Origin: Candidatus Levyibacteriota bacterium
Lineage (GTDB): Bacteria > Patescibacteriota > Microgenomatia > Levybacterales > UBA12049
Assembly: GCA_016186645.1 (NCBI GenBank)
Contig: JACPLF010000003.1
Span: 4,112-68,111 of the forward strand
Direction: 5' to 3'
DNA: 64,000 nucleotides
A program made the translations under genes and the position numbers. The notes under the pieces are model-generated. The model worked only from the letters and a program-made list of their open reading frames with translations. It had not been told where the DNA came from and did not search any database. This document shows positions 55,782 through 64,000 of this stretch, one piece after another. Positions within the stretch are counted from its first letter, which is position 1. The number at the start of each line of letters is the position of its first letter.

Positions 55782-56710
55782 TGAATTTTCAAAAGAATGT
55801 TTCACTTTCGGATTTCAGCAATTACAAAATAGGCGGACCTGCTAAGTTATTTGTTGAAGTTGGAGCCACGGAAGAATTAAAAGAAGTCCTAAAACAAATT
55901 GAGGGCAATGAGAAAATTTTTATTTTAGGCGGGGGAACAAATATTCTGATAGGAGATAAAGGTTTTGATGGGTTAGTGATTCACAATAAAGTTGAAGGCA
56001 TAAATTTATTGGAGAATGGTTTGGAAGTAGGAAGCGGAGTGGTGGTTAAAGACCTTATGAATTTTTGTATAGAAAATTCTTTGTCCGGTCTTGAATGGGC
56101 GGGAGGACTTCCGGGAACAATTGGAGGAGCTATTCGAGGTAATGCCGGGGCTTTTAAAGGCGAAACAAAAGATAGTGTCGTGCAAGTTAAGAGCTTGGAT
56201 CTAAAAACTTTAAACGAAAAAGAAAGAAACAACGAGGAGTGTAGTTTTGGCTATCGGGATAGCATATTTAAGTCAGGAATAGCAGCTGCGGAATTTATTA
56301 CATCCGTAGTTTTAGAATTAACGCAGGGAAACAAAGAGGAAATAAAACAAAGTATTCAGCAAAAAATAGATTATAGAATTAATCGTCACCCCATAGACCT
56401 TCCCAATATTGGAAGTACTTTTAAAAATATTCCTTTAGACCTATTGTCTTCGGAGCTGCAAAAAGAATTTGCGCCATTTGTAAAAACAGATCCTTTTCCT
56501 GTAGTTCCTACTACAAAGCTCTTAGCCTTAGCTGGTTTAAAAGGAAAAAGAATAGGGGATGCAATGATATCCGACAAACACCCGAATTTTATTGTCAATC
56601 TGGGTAATGCAAAATCAGAGGATGTAAAAATCCTTATTGAAATTGCAAAAGAAGCGTTAAAAGAAAAATACGGAATACTTCTTGAGGAGGAAATTCAATA
56701 TCTGGATTAG
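55781..56710 (+). CDS. murB: UDP-N-acetylenolpyruvoylglucosamine reductase
   Basis: Motifs IGGPA, LGGGTN, PGTIGGA..NAGA, GSTFKN and HPNFIVN. Confidence 0.95.
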   Translation: MNFQKNVSLSDFSNYKIGGPAKLFVEVGATEELKEVLKQIEGNEKIFILGGGTNILIGDKGFDGLVIHNKVEGINLLENGLEVGSGVVVKDLMNFCIENSLSGLEWAGGLPGTIGGAIRGNAGAFKGETKDSVVQVKSLDLKTLNEKERNNEECSFGYRDSIFKSGIAAAEFITSVVLELTQGNKEEIKQSIQQKIDYRINRHPIDLPNIGSTFKNIPLDLLSSELQKEFAPFVKTDPFPVVPTTKLLALAGLKGKRIGDAMISDKHPNFIVNLGNAKSEDVKILIEIAKEALKEKYGILLEEEIQYLD

Positions 56711-56721
56711 GCGTTCTGCTT

Positions 56722-57660
56722 TTATCGCGTCAGTTCAATAATCACGAAGATAACGTAAAATCCCAATAACACAAGCCCATTTGTTCTTGAGATATAATTT
56801 TTGGTACGGAAGAAAAAATAGAATGATCCAAGAGCGGTAAGAATAAATAGAAAAGTAATAATAAAGTTGTCTACTGTCAATATTTCTCCGCCATGTAAAA
56901 GCGTAAAAATACCAAACAAAAGGGTATTTGCTGCCGCAGATCCCATATAATCTCCCATTGCTATCTCTCTTTTTCTGGAAATAACGCTTCTTACAGCTAG
57001 GGATAATTCCGGCAAGTTCGTTCCAAGAGCTATTACAAAAAGGCTGATGTAAAATGCAGAAATATTAAAAATGCCTGCAAAATAAGTTGTCTTATCTACA
57101 ATTATACTGCTTGATGCAAAAACAATGCCTATACCTAAAAGTATTTTGAGAATGTCTTTGTAGGAATAAGCTTTTACATTAAAAAGTTGCCCATTACTCC
57201 TGTCAAAAATTCCATTTTTTCTTTCCACAAAAAAAAGCAAAACAACATACAAGAAGACAAGCATGAAGCCTTCTAAGGTACTCACTTTTTTATCCAATAT
57301 AAATAATGAGGGCGTTAGAATGACTACCAGGCTTATCAAGAGAGTTTTGTTGTCAAGCTCATTTTTTAGGCTTATTCCATTTCCCAAGACTGCCAGTAAA
57401 GGAATAATAACTAGAAATATCACAACAATTCCGCCAAGTAAATTTCCGACAAAGATTTCAGGGCGATTGCCCGCTACTGCCTGAAGGCCAACTGAGAATT
57501 CAGGTATTGAAGTCAATATTCCCAAAAAAACAAAAGAAAAAGCAAAAGGAGACAATCTTAATTTGCTGGAAAATTTACTAGTCGAGGAAACAACCAGGCC
57601 TGCGCCAAGCCAAATGAAAATGAAAGCAAGAAAATAGAGAATTAGATTTAAACCAAACAC
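56722..57660 (-). CDS. CaCA family Na+/Ca2+ exchanger
   Basis: Twin alpha repeats TSIPE and GTNLPE. Confidence 0.88.
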   Translation of the reverse strand: MFGLNLILYFLAFIFIWLGAGLVVSSTSKFSSKLRLSPFAFSFVFLGILTSIPEFSVGLQAVAGNRPEIFVGNLLGGIVVIFLVIIPLLAVLGNGISLKNELDNKTLLISLVVILTPSLFILDKKVSTLEGFMLVFLYVVLLFFVERKNGIFDRSNGQLFNVKAYSYKDILKILLGIGIVFASSSIIVDKTTYFAGIFNISAFYISLFVIALGTNLPELSLAVRSVISRKREIAMGDYMGSAAANTLLFGIFTLLHGGEILTVDNFIITFLFILTALGSFYFFFRTKNYISRTNGLVLLGFYVIFVIIELTR

Positions 57661-57667
57661 AAATCTA

Positions 57668-58558
57668 TTATATAAAGGAGTTGATTACTTCGTCAATCTT
57701 TCCCCCCATAAGAACGGGAAGGTTGTGCCAAGATTTATTAATTCTGTGATCTGTTAATCTGTCTTGGGGGAAATTGTAGGTTCTGATTTTCTCAGCTCTC
57801 ATGCCGCGTCCCACTTGTGTAGATTTCAAAGAAGAAATTTCTTTGTTTTGTTTTTCAACTTCTGCCTCCCAAAGTTTGGAGCGAAGAAGTTCCATTGCAA
57901 TTTCTCTATTTTGCGCCTGAAATCTTTCTGTTTGGGCAGTAACAATAATTCCGGATGGTTTATGTTTCAATCTTACCGCAGTTGAGACTTTGTTAACATT
58001 TTGCCCTCCATGTCCTCCGCTTCTATATGCTTCAAATTCTATATCGTCAGGATTTATATGCAGGTCAATATCGTGAAATTCGGGCAAAACATACACAGTT
58101 GCGGTAGATGTATGAATTCGGCCGCGTTTCTCAGTTAACGGAGTTCTTTGTACTCTATGAACTCCTGCCTCAAATTTGAAAGTTTTAAAAGGCCGGGAAG
58201 TTGAATGTCCGCCAGATGGCGGAGCGGAAATTTTAATAACTCCTTCATCAATTTGCTCTGCTCTAAATCCTTTAAGTTGCGCAAATCGCAAATACATCCG
58301 GAGCAATTCTTCTTTCCACAATTTTGCTTCCTCGCCGCCGGCAGCGCCTTTTACTTCCATGATGACATTTCGGCTGTCCAAAGATTCTCCTGAATCAGCG
58401 TCTTTATTAACTGCTTCAACAAGCGCTTTTTTTTGAGATTCCAACTCTACAATTTCTTTTTCTGCCATTTCTTGCAAAGCGGGATCAGAGAGAAGGCTGC
58501 GTGTTTCTTCAATTTTTTTTCCGAGCATCTCTATTTGGACAATTCTGTAATCGTACAT
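57668..58558 (-). CDS. prfA: Peptide chain release factor 1 (shortened N-terminus)
   Basis: GVHRVQR, PxT (PLT), GGQ and IRTYNFPQ. Downstream of rpmE. Confidence 0.92.
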   Translation of the reverse strand: MYDYRIVQIEMLGKKIEETRSLLSDPALQEMAEKEIVELESQKKALVEAVNKDADSGESLDSRNVIMEVKGAAGGEEAKLWKEELLRMYLRFAQLKGFRAEQIDEGVIKISAPPSGGHSTSRPFKTFKFEAGVHRVQRTPLTEKRGRIHTSTATVYVLPEFHDIDLHINPDDIEFEAYRSGGHGGQNVNKVSTAVRLKHKPSGIIVTAQTERFQAQNREIAMELLRSKLWEAEVEKQNKEISSLKSTQVGRGMRAEKIRTYNFPQDRLTDHRINKSWHNLPVLMGGKIDEVINSFI

Positions 58559-58567
58559 GGGGTTTAT

Positions 58568-58867
58568 CTATTTTATTGCCATGAGCATTTCGCGCAAGGT
58601 TTTAGGCTCGGTATCTTTTTGTTTTTGTTCGGCCTCTTTTTTGACTTTTTTTGTAAGATATTGTTTGGCAATATTTTGTTTGTTTTGGAATTTCTGAATT
58701 CGGGACGCGCTGTCTACAAATTTTTGCTCACCCGTATAAAAAGGATGGCATTTGTTGCACAATTCAACCTTGATAATCTCAAGCGTTGAGCCTGTTGTAA
58801 ATCTGTTGCCGCAGGCACAAATAACCTGCGCATTGTCAAAATATTGCGGATGAATATTTGCTTGCAT
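58568..58867 (-). CDS. rpmE: 50S ribosomal protein bL31
   Basis: Motifs IHPQY, CACG and CNKCHPFYTG. Confidence 0.95.
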   Translation of the reverse strand: MQANIHPQYFDNAQVICACGNRFTTGSTLEIIKVELCNKCHPFYTGEQKFVDSASRIQKFQNKQNIAKQYLTKKVKKEAEQKQKDTEPKTLREMLMAIK

Positions 58868-58915
58868 AGTGCTATAATTATACCCTGTTTTTGCCAAATT
58901 GGCAAGATCAAAATT

Positions 58916-60256
58916 ATGGTTAACTTAGAGATGCAACCTAGATCGGGAGAATTCTATATAGTTCGCTTGGCTGCAATAAAAAAATTTGCCAACATGGGAC
59001 TAAGCGGAAGGGAAATATCCTTTGCTGTAGAGATTGAAACAGGAATAAGGGTTGATCCGCACGACGTAGCAAGGCTAGTCTTTGCAGCAAGAAAAAGGGG
59101 AACATTGCGTTGGTTAACAAAGGAGGAAAAGAAAGATATAGCCAAAACTACGGCTAACCCCTGGTATCATATAGATGAGGTAATACGTAAAGATGTGGAA
59201 GCAATCATTAGTAACATAACCGCTTTGCAAAGAGAAGGCAAGCCCCTTCCCAATGATAGGTTGGCATTAGTAGAATTTAGACCTTCAAAAAAGAATCCAC
59301 TACTTAGGGAAGAAGAGGAAGGGGTTCTTGTAGGCAATAAAAGAGTTTTTTCAGACGGTAGACATCTTCCTACATTTAAGGGTCTGCATGTGACAGAGAG
59401 GCAAAGACAGGGTCTTATAGAAAGAAATAAGTTACCAAGACCCAGGGAGCAGGTCATCAAACAAAGTACTGTATGGCCTAAAGTTAAACCCCTACGCGAG
59501 AGATTGGGTTTGCCTGGCGAAATAGCAGAAATAACGGGATTCACAAAACAACAAGTGAGAACGGCAATTAGCTGGAATAGATTTAGGCCTGAGTGGAATA
59601 GGATACCCCCATTGACATCCGAGCAGGTGGCAGAATTGATGAGCAAATCAGGAAAAACTAAGAAGCCAAGAAATCCAGAAGACAGAGAATTACCGACCCA
59701 GGATGAGAAAAACAGCCTAGAATTCGCACGGATAGTTTTTGACTCTGGATGGATCACGGAAGATCTCAAAGATTGGCGCAAATTAAATTTTTTATATAAT
59801 GAAAGCAAAAGAGATTTGCCGGAGAGTTTCGCAAAACGTCTCAGGCTTGAAGTTTTTTTAAGAGCTCAATTAAATGCAGATAATGGAAATAAGGAGTTAA
59901 TGAATAAGTATGTCGAATACGGATTGGAAATAGATGAGAATTGGTTTAATGAATTGGCTGCCGAAGAGGAATTTATTACAAGAATAGTTAGAGGAAAAGA
60001 AGATAGAGACAGATTATTTTTAGATTTATTTGCTAGGGTTAGAAGAGAATTTGCAAGAACAGGAGATATACGATCTCTTAATAATAGTGAGTTGACATCA
60101 ATCATGAAGCAGGATCCGACCATTAAAACCAGATTAGCCCCAGAAATGGCTAAAATTGTTCAAGCTACACCAGGAATTAAGAAAGAGACTTCTGCAATTT
60201 GTCCTCCTAATGGAGAGATGAGTATGGCTGATATCATGGGGTGGGATTCTAGATAG
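58916..60256 (+). CDS. Hypothetical protein with HTH-like segments
   Basis: GLSGREI and EIAEITGFTKQQVR. Convergent with hisS. Confidence 0.6.
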   Translation: MVNLEMQPRSGEFYIVRLAAIKKFANMGLSGREISFAVEIETGIRVDPHDVARLVFAARKRGTLRWLTKEEKKDIAKTTANPWYHIDEVIRKDVEAIISNITALQREGKPLPNDRLALVEFRPSKKNPLLREEEEGVLVGNKRVFSDGRHLPTFKGLHVTERQRQGLIERNKLPRPREQVIKQSTVWPKVKPLRERLGLPGEIAEITGFTKQQVRTAISWNRFRPEWNRIPPLTSEQVAELMSKSGKTKKPRNPEDRELPTQDEKNSLEFARIVFDSGWITEDLKDWRKLNFLYNESKRDLPESFAKRLRLEVFLRAQLNADNGNKELMNKYVEYGLEIDENWFNELAAEEEFITRIVRGKEDRDRLFLDLFARVRREFARTGDIRSLNNSELTSIMKQDPTIKTRLAPEMAKIVQATPGIKKETSAICPPNGEMSMADIMGWDSR

Positions 60257-61466
60257 TAATTTCATTAAAAATGTTTTTTTCAGCTATAGTTTTTTGTGAG
60301 CGGGTTTTCATGTTTTTTAAAGTTACCATATTTTTTGCCGCTTCGTCCGGGCCAATGATTACAACAAACGGAATTCCTTTTTGATCAGCATATTTTAATT
60401 GTTTTTCCATTTTAGAATTTGGGTCGAGCCAAAGTTCGCAGGGAATTTTATTTTCATCCAAAAAATTAATAATTTCTAAAGATTTTTGAATTAAGTTTTC
60501 ACTAAAGACAGTAACCAAAACTTTTACAGGAGCTTTTAAATCGGGCAGTAGTCCATTTTCTTCCAGCAGTTCGATAGTTCGGTCAAATCCCAATCCAAAT
60601 CCAATGGCAGGCTGATTATTTCCAAACATGCCAATCAAATTATCATAACGTCCACCGCTGCAAATGGATCCGGCTGAATTTTTTACAACTGTTTCAAAAA
60701 TTATTCCCGTGTAATAATCCAAGCCCCGTGCCAACGTTGGCTCGTATTTTACTTTTGAAACATCTTGACCCATCATTTTCAAATACTTAAGGATTGGTTT
60801 TATATTTTCTGTTATTGGTTTTTCCTGTAATGTTGTTAATGCAAGTTTTGCATCATCTGATGTCATTCCTTTTTCTACCATTTCAGAAAGCACAGTGCTT
60901 TCGCCAACTTTTTCTAATTTATCTATTGCAGCGATTATTTTCTTATTCAAATTTTCAAAATTTGTTCTATCATTAATTTTAATAGTGACATCGAGTTTCA
61001 AATTTTTGTAAATTTCCAAAACCAAACTTAATATTTCTGCATCTGCAAGGGAAGTGGACATACCCACAATATCCGCATCACATTGTAAAAATTCTCTATA
61101 TCTTCCTTTTTGTGTATTTTCCGCTCGCCAGACATTTTGGATTTGATATCTTTTGAAAGGCATCGGCAGGACTTGTGGTGAGCTTGCCGAACCATATTGG
61201 GCTACAACACGGGCTAAAGGAACAGTCTGATCGTATCTCAAAGCTACTTTTCGCTTGCCATTATCAACAAAACGATACATTAATTTATCGCCCTCATCTC
61301 CGTATTTGCCCAGCAAAATCTCCTCGTATTCAAGGCTTGGCGTTTCCAAAGGCTCAAAACCATAGGACTCAAATACCTTTTTCAAGGTATTTATTACAAA
61401 TTGCCGTTTTCTCGCCTCTTGAGGCAAGAAATCCCGAAAGCCTTTTAGTGTTTGCGGTTTAATCAT
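60249..61466 (-). CDS. hisS: Histidine--tRNA ligase
   Basis: Motifs LRYDQT, GRYREF.QCD, RGLDYYTG and GGRYD. Confidence 0.97.
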   Translation of the reverse strand: MIKPQTLKGFRDFLPQEARKRQFVINTLKKVFESYGFEPLETPSLEYEEILLGKYGDEGDKLMYRFVDNGKRKVALRYDQTVPLARVVAQYGSASSPQVLPMPFKRYQIQNVWRAENTQKGRYREFLQCDADIVGMSTSLADAEILSLVLEIYKNLKLDVTIKINDRTNFENLNKKIIAAIDKLEKVGESTVLSEMVEKGMTSDDAKLALTTLQEKPITENIKPILKYLKMMGQDVSKVKYEPTLARGLDYYTGIIFETVVKNSAGSICSGGRYDNLIGMFGNNQPAIGFGLGFDRTIELLEENGLLPDLKAPVKVLVTVFSENLIQKSLEIINFLDENKIPCELWLDPNSKMEKQLKYADQKGIPFVVIIGPDEAAKNMVTLKNMKTRSQKTIAEKNIFNEITI

Positions 61467-61519
61467 AGTTTTATCTTATCATTTTTGTCTTTTGAAGTAA
61501 AAGCCTAAAAAACGGGAAA

Positions 61520-61945
61520 TTAATTGTGGTTTTGGAGAAACGGGTTAATAAGTTTAATTTCTTTGAATTTTTTAAAGTCGCGGATGTTATCTGTGGCAAT
61601 TACGGCAATTCCATTGGAAAGAGCGGTTGCGGCAAGGTAAGCATCAAATATCTGGTCAGAAACAAGCGCATTTTTCTTAATTAAAAATAATGTTATTGAA
61701 TAGGTTTTCTCATCAGGGAATATGACACGGCAAGTTTTTGTAATATTATTAATTGCATTTAGCGCATCTTGAATTTTCATAGAAGAGGGAAATTTAGGAT
61801 GGGTAAGTACACGTAGGGTTTCGAAGATATTCTGATGAGCAACTTCTAAATCGCCTATATTATTTTGCAGAAAATTTTGAGCAGTTACATGTTTGGAGGA
61901 ACGGCGATTGATTGCGTAAATCAAGATATTTGAGTCAACAAGCAT
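61520..61945 (-). CDS. VapC/PIN-domain toxin
   Basis: Motifs LVDSNILIYA, DAYLAA and ATDN.RDF. Confidence 0.88.
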   Translation of the reverse strand: MLVDSNILIYAINRRSSKHVTAQNFLQNNIGDLEVAHQNIFETLRVLTHPKFPSSMKIQDALNAINNITKTCRVIFPDEKTYSITLFLIKKNALVSDQIFDAYLAATALSNGIAVIATDNIRDFKKFKEIKLINPFLQNHN

Positions 61946-61950
61946 ACAAT

Positions 61951-62178
61951 TTAAGGCTCGGGGTAAAAATCTTCTCTTCTCAAATTATCAAGATTGACGC
62001 CCAAATCATGAGTTTTAAATACTATCCTTTTTGCTTGTTTTTTAGCATCCTTTTCAAGATATTGCTCCAAAGCACTGTTAAAAATAGCTTGCAAGCTTGT
62101 ATTTTCATCAAACGCTTTTTTTTCTGCGCGTTTTTTTAAATTCTCTTTTAATCTTAGTGTGGTTCTAATAAGCTGCAT
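61951..62178 (-). CDS. RHH-type antitoxin
   Basis: RTTLRL...SLQAIFNSAL. Promoter TTGACA-N17-TATACT-N8-ATG. Confidence 0.8.
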   Translation of the reverse strand: MQLIRTTLRLKENLKKRAEKKAFDENTSLQAIFNSALEQYLEKDAKKQAKRIVFKTHDLGVNLDNLRREDFYPEP

Positions 62179-62222
62179 ATCTAATTAGTATAGCATAAAT
62201 ATGACAATATGTCAAGAGCTTT

Positions 62223-63341
62223 CTAAAGTTCGATAAGATTCTTTGGGGAATGGGTGAGAAGACGAGGGCCTTTCTTTTCTAAGACTACCAAATCCTCAAT
62301 CCTAACACCGCCAAGGTTTGGAATGTAAATTCCCGGTTCAATTGAAAAAACCATCCCAACTTTTAAAATATCTTTGGATTTTGGAGAGAGACGGGGCGCT
62401 TCATGAACATCGATCCCGATTCCATGACCGAGAGAATGGGGAATAGTTTTGTATCCTTTGGATATGATGTGTTCTCGGGCAATTTTATCAATTTTAGATG
62501 CCTTAATGCCTTTATCCAATTGCTTTATTGTTAAATTGCTAAATTGTTGAATTGCTTTTTTTTGCGATTCCAAAACTGTTTGGTACATCCTTTTTTGTTC
62601 GGCTGTTGGTTTTCCGAAGAAAATTGTGCGGGTCATGTCAGAACAATAATTATTTAATTTAACCCCGAAATCCAACAAAACAAACTGACCACTAGACGCT
62701 AGACGCTGATTGCTGGTTTGGTGGTGGGGGATGGCGGAGTTTTTTCCAAACGCAACAATGGGCTTAAAAGAAATATCGCCGCCTTGTTTTTTTATGAAAA
62801 ATTCTATTTCATTCGCTATTTCTTTTTCCGAGACTCCTAGTTTAATCTTCTTTAAGATATAATCAAAAGTTTTGTCGGAAAGCACGCACGCTTTTTCTAT
62901 TTTTGAAACTTCTTCTTTATTCTTTATTGCACGTAAGTTATTTAAACTAAAATGATTTAAATCATTAAAGCGAGAAGATAATTTTTTATGTTCCAAAAAG
63001 GTAAGATTATTTCCCTCAAAGCCCATGCGTTTGACGCGATATTTTTTGATAAGCTGTTTAAGCGCTTTTTCAAAAGATAGTTTTGAAGAAATCTCAATCG
63101 ATTTAAAATTATGTACCAATTTTTTTATGGCTTGAGAATATCTCCCGTCAGTCAAAATATATTGTTGATTTTTGGCCCGCTTCGCCGCGAGGCGAGTAAT
63201 AAATAAATATGCTTCGCGTTCTTCTTTGGAAAACCCTGAATAATTTGTCAGATATACTATATTGGAAAAAGATGAAATTAAAACTGCATCCAATTTCTTT
63301 TTTGCAAATTCCTGTTTAAGTTTTGCAAGAGGAGTACTCAT
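62223..63341 (-). CDS. Xaa-Pro aminopeptidase (M24)
   Basis: Motifs TDGRY, SDMTRT, HSLGHGIG..VHE, EPGIY and GVRIED. Confidence 0.95.
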   Translation of the reverse strand: MSTPLAKLKQEFAKKKLDAVLISSFSNIVYLTNYSGFSKEEREAYLFITRLAAKRAKNQQYILTDGRYSQAIKKLVHNFKSIEISSKLSFEKALKQLIKKYRVKRMGFEGNNLTFLEHKKLSSRFNDLNHFSLNNLRAIKNKEEVSKIEKACVLSDKTFDYILKKIKLGVSEKEIANEIEFFIKKQGGDISFKPIVAFGKNSAIPHHQTSNQRLASSGQFVLLDFGVKLNNYCSDMTRTIFFGKPTAEQKRMYQTVLESQKKAIQQFSNLTIKQLDKGIKASKIDKIAREHIISKGYKTIPHSLGHGIGIDVHEAPRLSPKSKDILKVGMVFSIEPGIYIPNLGGVRIEDLVVLEKKGPRLLTHSPKNLIEL

Positions 63342-63342
63342 T

Positions 63343-64000
63343 TTATTGCTTTGAACGTTCTAAAGAAGAATTTACTTTTGGACTCACTGGAATTTCAGGG
63401 AAAAATATAACACGAGTTGCTGTCATACGATTTTCATCTTCCAAGTCTTTCACTCCCGAAACAACAATATTATAGTTTTCTTTGATCTTTGAAAATCCAG
63501 AGCGAATATAGCCTTCTTCTAGAGTATAGGAAGATGTTCTTGTTATATTTTCTATGTCAACAGTCATTTGTGCACCAGTCTCAGTTGTAATGCTTAAGGA
63601 AAAATTCTCACTGTCAATTGCTGCAACTCCTCCGTGGATTATGAAAGGAGTAGTTACTACGTTGACGAACCTTGCCAAGATTCTGCGGGACTCTTTGTTG
63701 TAGAGCCCGAGTACTCCGATGATTGAGTCTTTTGTAATATCTGAAATACCAAAAGTTCCTTTAAAAGCAGGATTTGAGAATTTGGTTAGCTCGTCAACAT
63801 CTACGAATCGAGTATTGTTTTGTAAATCAGTAACAGAGATTTGGGTATTTGTAACATCGCTAACTGTGCCGATTATTCCGCGTTTTTCAACCAGTTTTAA
63901 TTGCGCAACGCGGGATGCAATATTGGTGATTAGTTGATCTCTTATTTCCTGAAGCTTATCAGCGGATGTAGGGTTTGGAGTCACAGCATGCGCCGAAGGC
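63343..64000 (-). CDS. Hypothetical exported protein with tandem OB-like (DUF5666-like) repeats, 5'-truncated
   Basis: The frame is open to the window end (PSAHA-VTP). Two G.V...../VD..T/I..G repeats. Confidence 0.55.
   Translation of the reverse strand, partial: PSAHAVTPNPTSADKLQEIRDQLITNIASRVAQLKLVEKRGIIGTVSDVTNTQISVTDLQNNTRFVDVDELTKFSNPAFKGTFGISDITKDSIIGVLGLYNKESRRILARFVNVVTTPFIIHGGVAAIDSENFSLSITTETGAQMTVDIENITRTSSYTLEEGYIRSGFSKIKENYNIVVSGVKDLEDENRMTATRVIFFPEIPVSPKVNSSLERSKQ

Noticed and set aside
59532-59544. TAACGGGATTCAC matching the GIY-YIG element terminus consensus
   Set aside because: No partner terminus was seen, and it encodes ITGFT within a plausible HTH (EIAEITGFTKQQV). It is likely coincidental.
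1-64000. Alternative genetic code (UGA=Gly, as in Gracilibacteria/Absconditabacteria)
   Set aside because: Core genes are full length under code 11, and several end in TGA at expected positions (thyA, zwf, recR, rpsR).

Overview
This 64-kb window is AT-rich and gene-dense bacterial chromosome. Its gene content and style (short EF-Ts, short ProRS, no pyrH between tsf and frr, many orphan ORFs, mostly leaderless-looking promoters) suggest a Patescibacteria/CPR genome, most like Microgenomates; this assignment is an inference. Core content: a thymidylate/folate cluster (folC-dcd-tmk-dut/dcd2-thyA-folA-glyA), rpsB-tsf-frr-rseP, the oxidative pentose phosphate pathway (pgl-zwf-gnd), proS, hit-rpsU-ybeY-dnaX-ybaB-prs-recR, cysS, dus, ppsA, ychF, rpsF-ssb-rpsR, ctpA-htrA-murB, prfA-rpmE, hisS, an M24 peptidase and four type II toxin-antitoxin pairs. 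No rRNA, tRNA, CRISPR array, integrase or DDE transposase was seen. The striking signal is a hidden layer of miniature repeat DNA with five parts. (1) A 273-bp GIY-YIG-nuclease element with CCCGTTA...TAACGGG termini and a 5-bp ATGAA duplication appears to have inserted into a start codon, and a non-autonomous MITE shares its ends. (2) A PaaX/Cas2-like gene is bracketed exactly by two 38-bp dyads, and solo dyads of the same arm-N7-8bp core-N7-arm geometry are dispersed through the window. (3) GC-rich mini-palindromes insert into each other in Russian-doll fashion and in-frame into essential proteins. (4) 7/8/9-mer tandem and inverted arrays occur inside proteins and just before start codons. 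(5) Serially duplicated promoter copies and a duplicated ychF 3' end mark an insertion hotspot.
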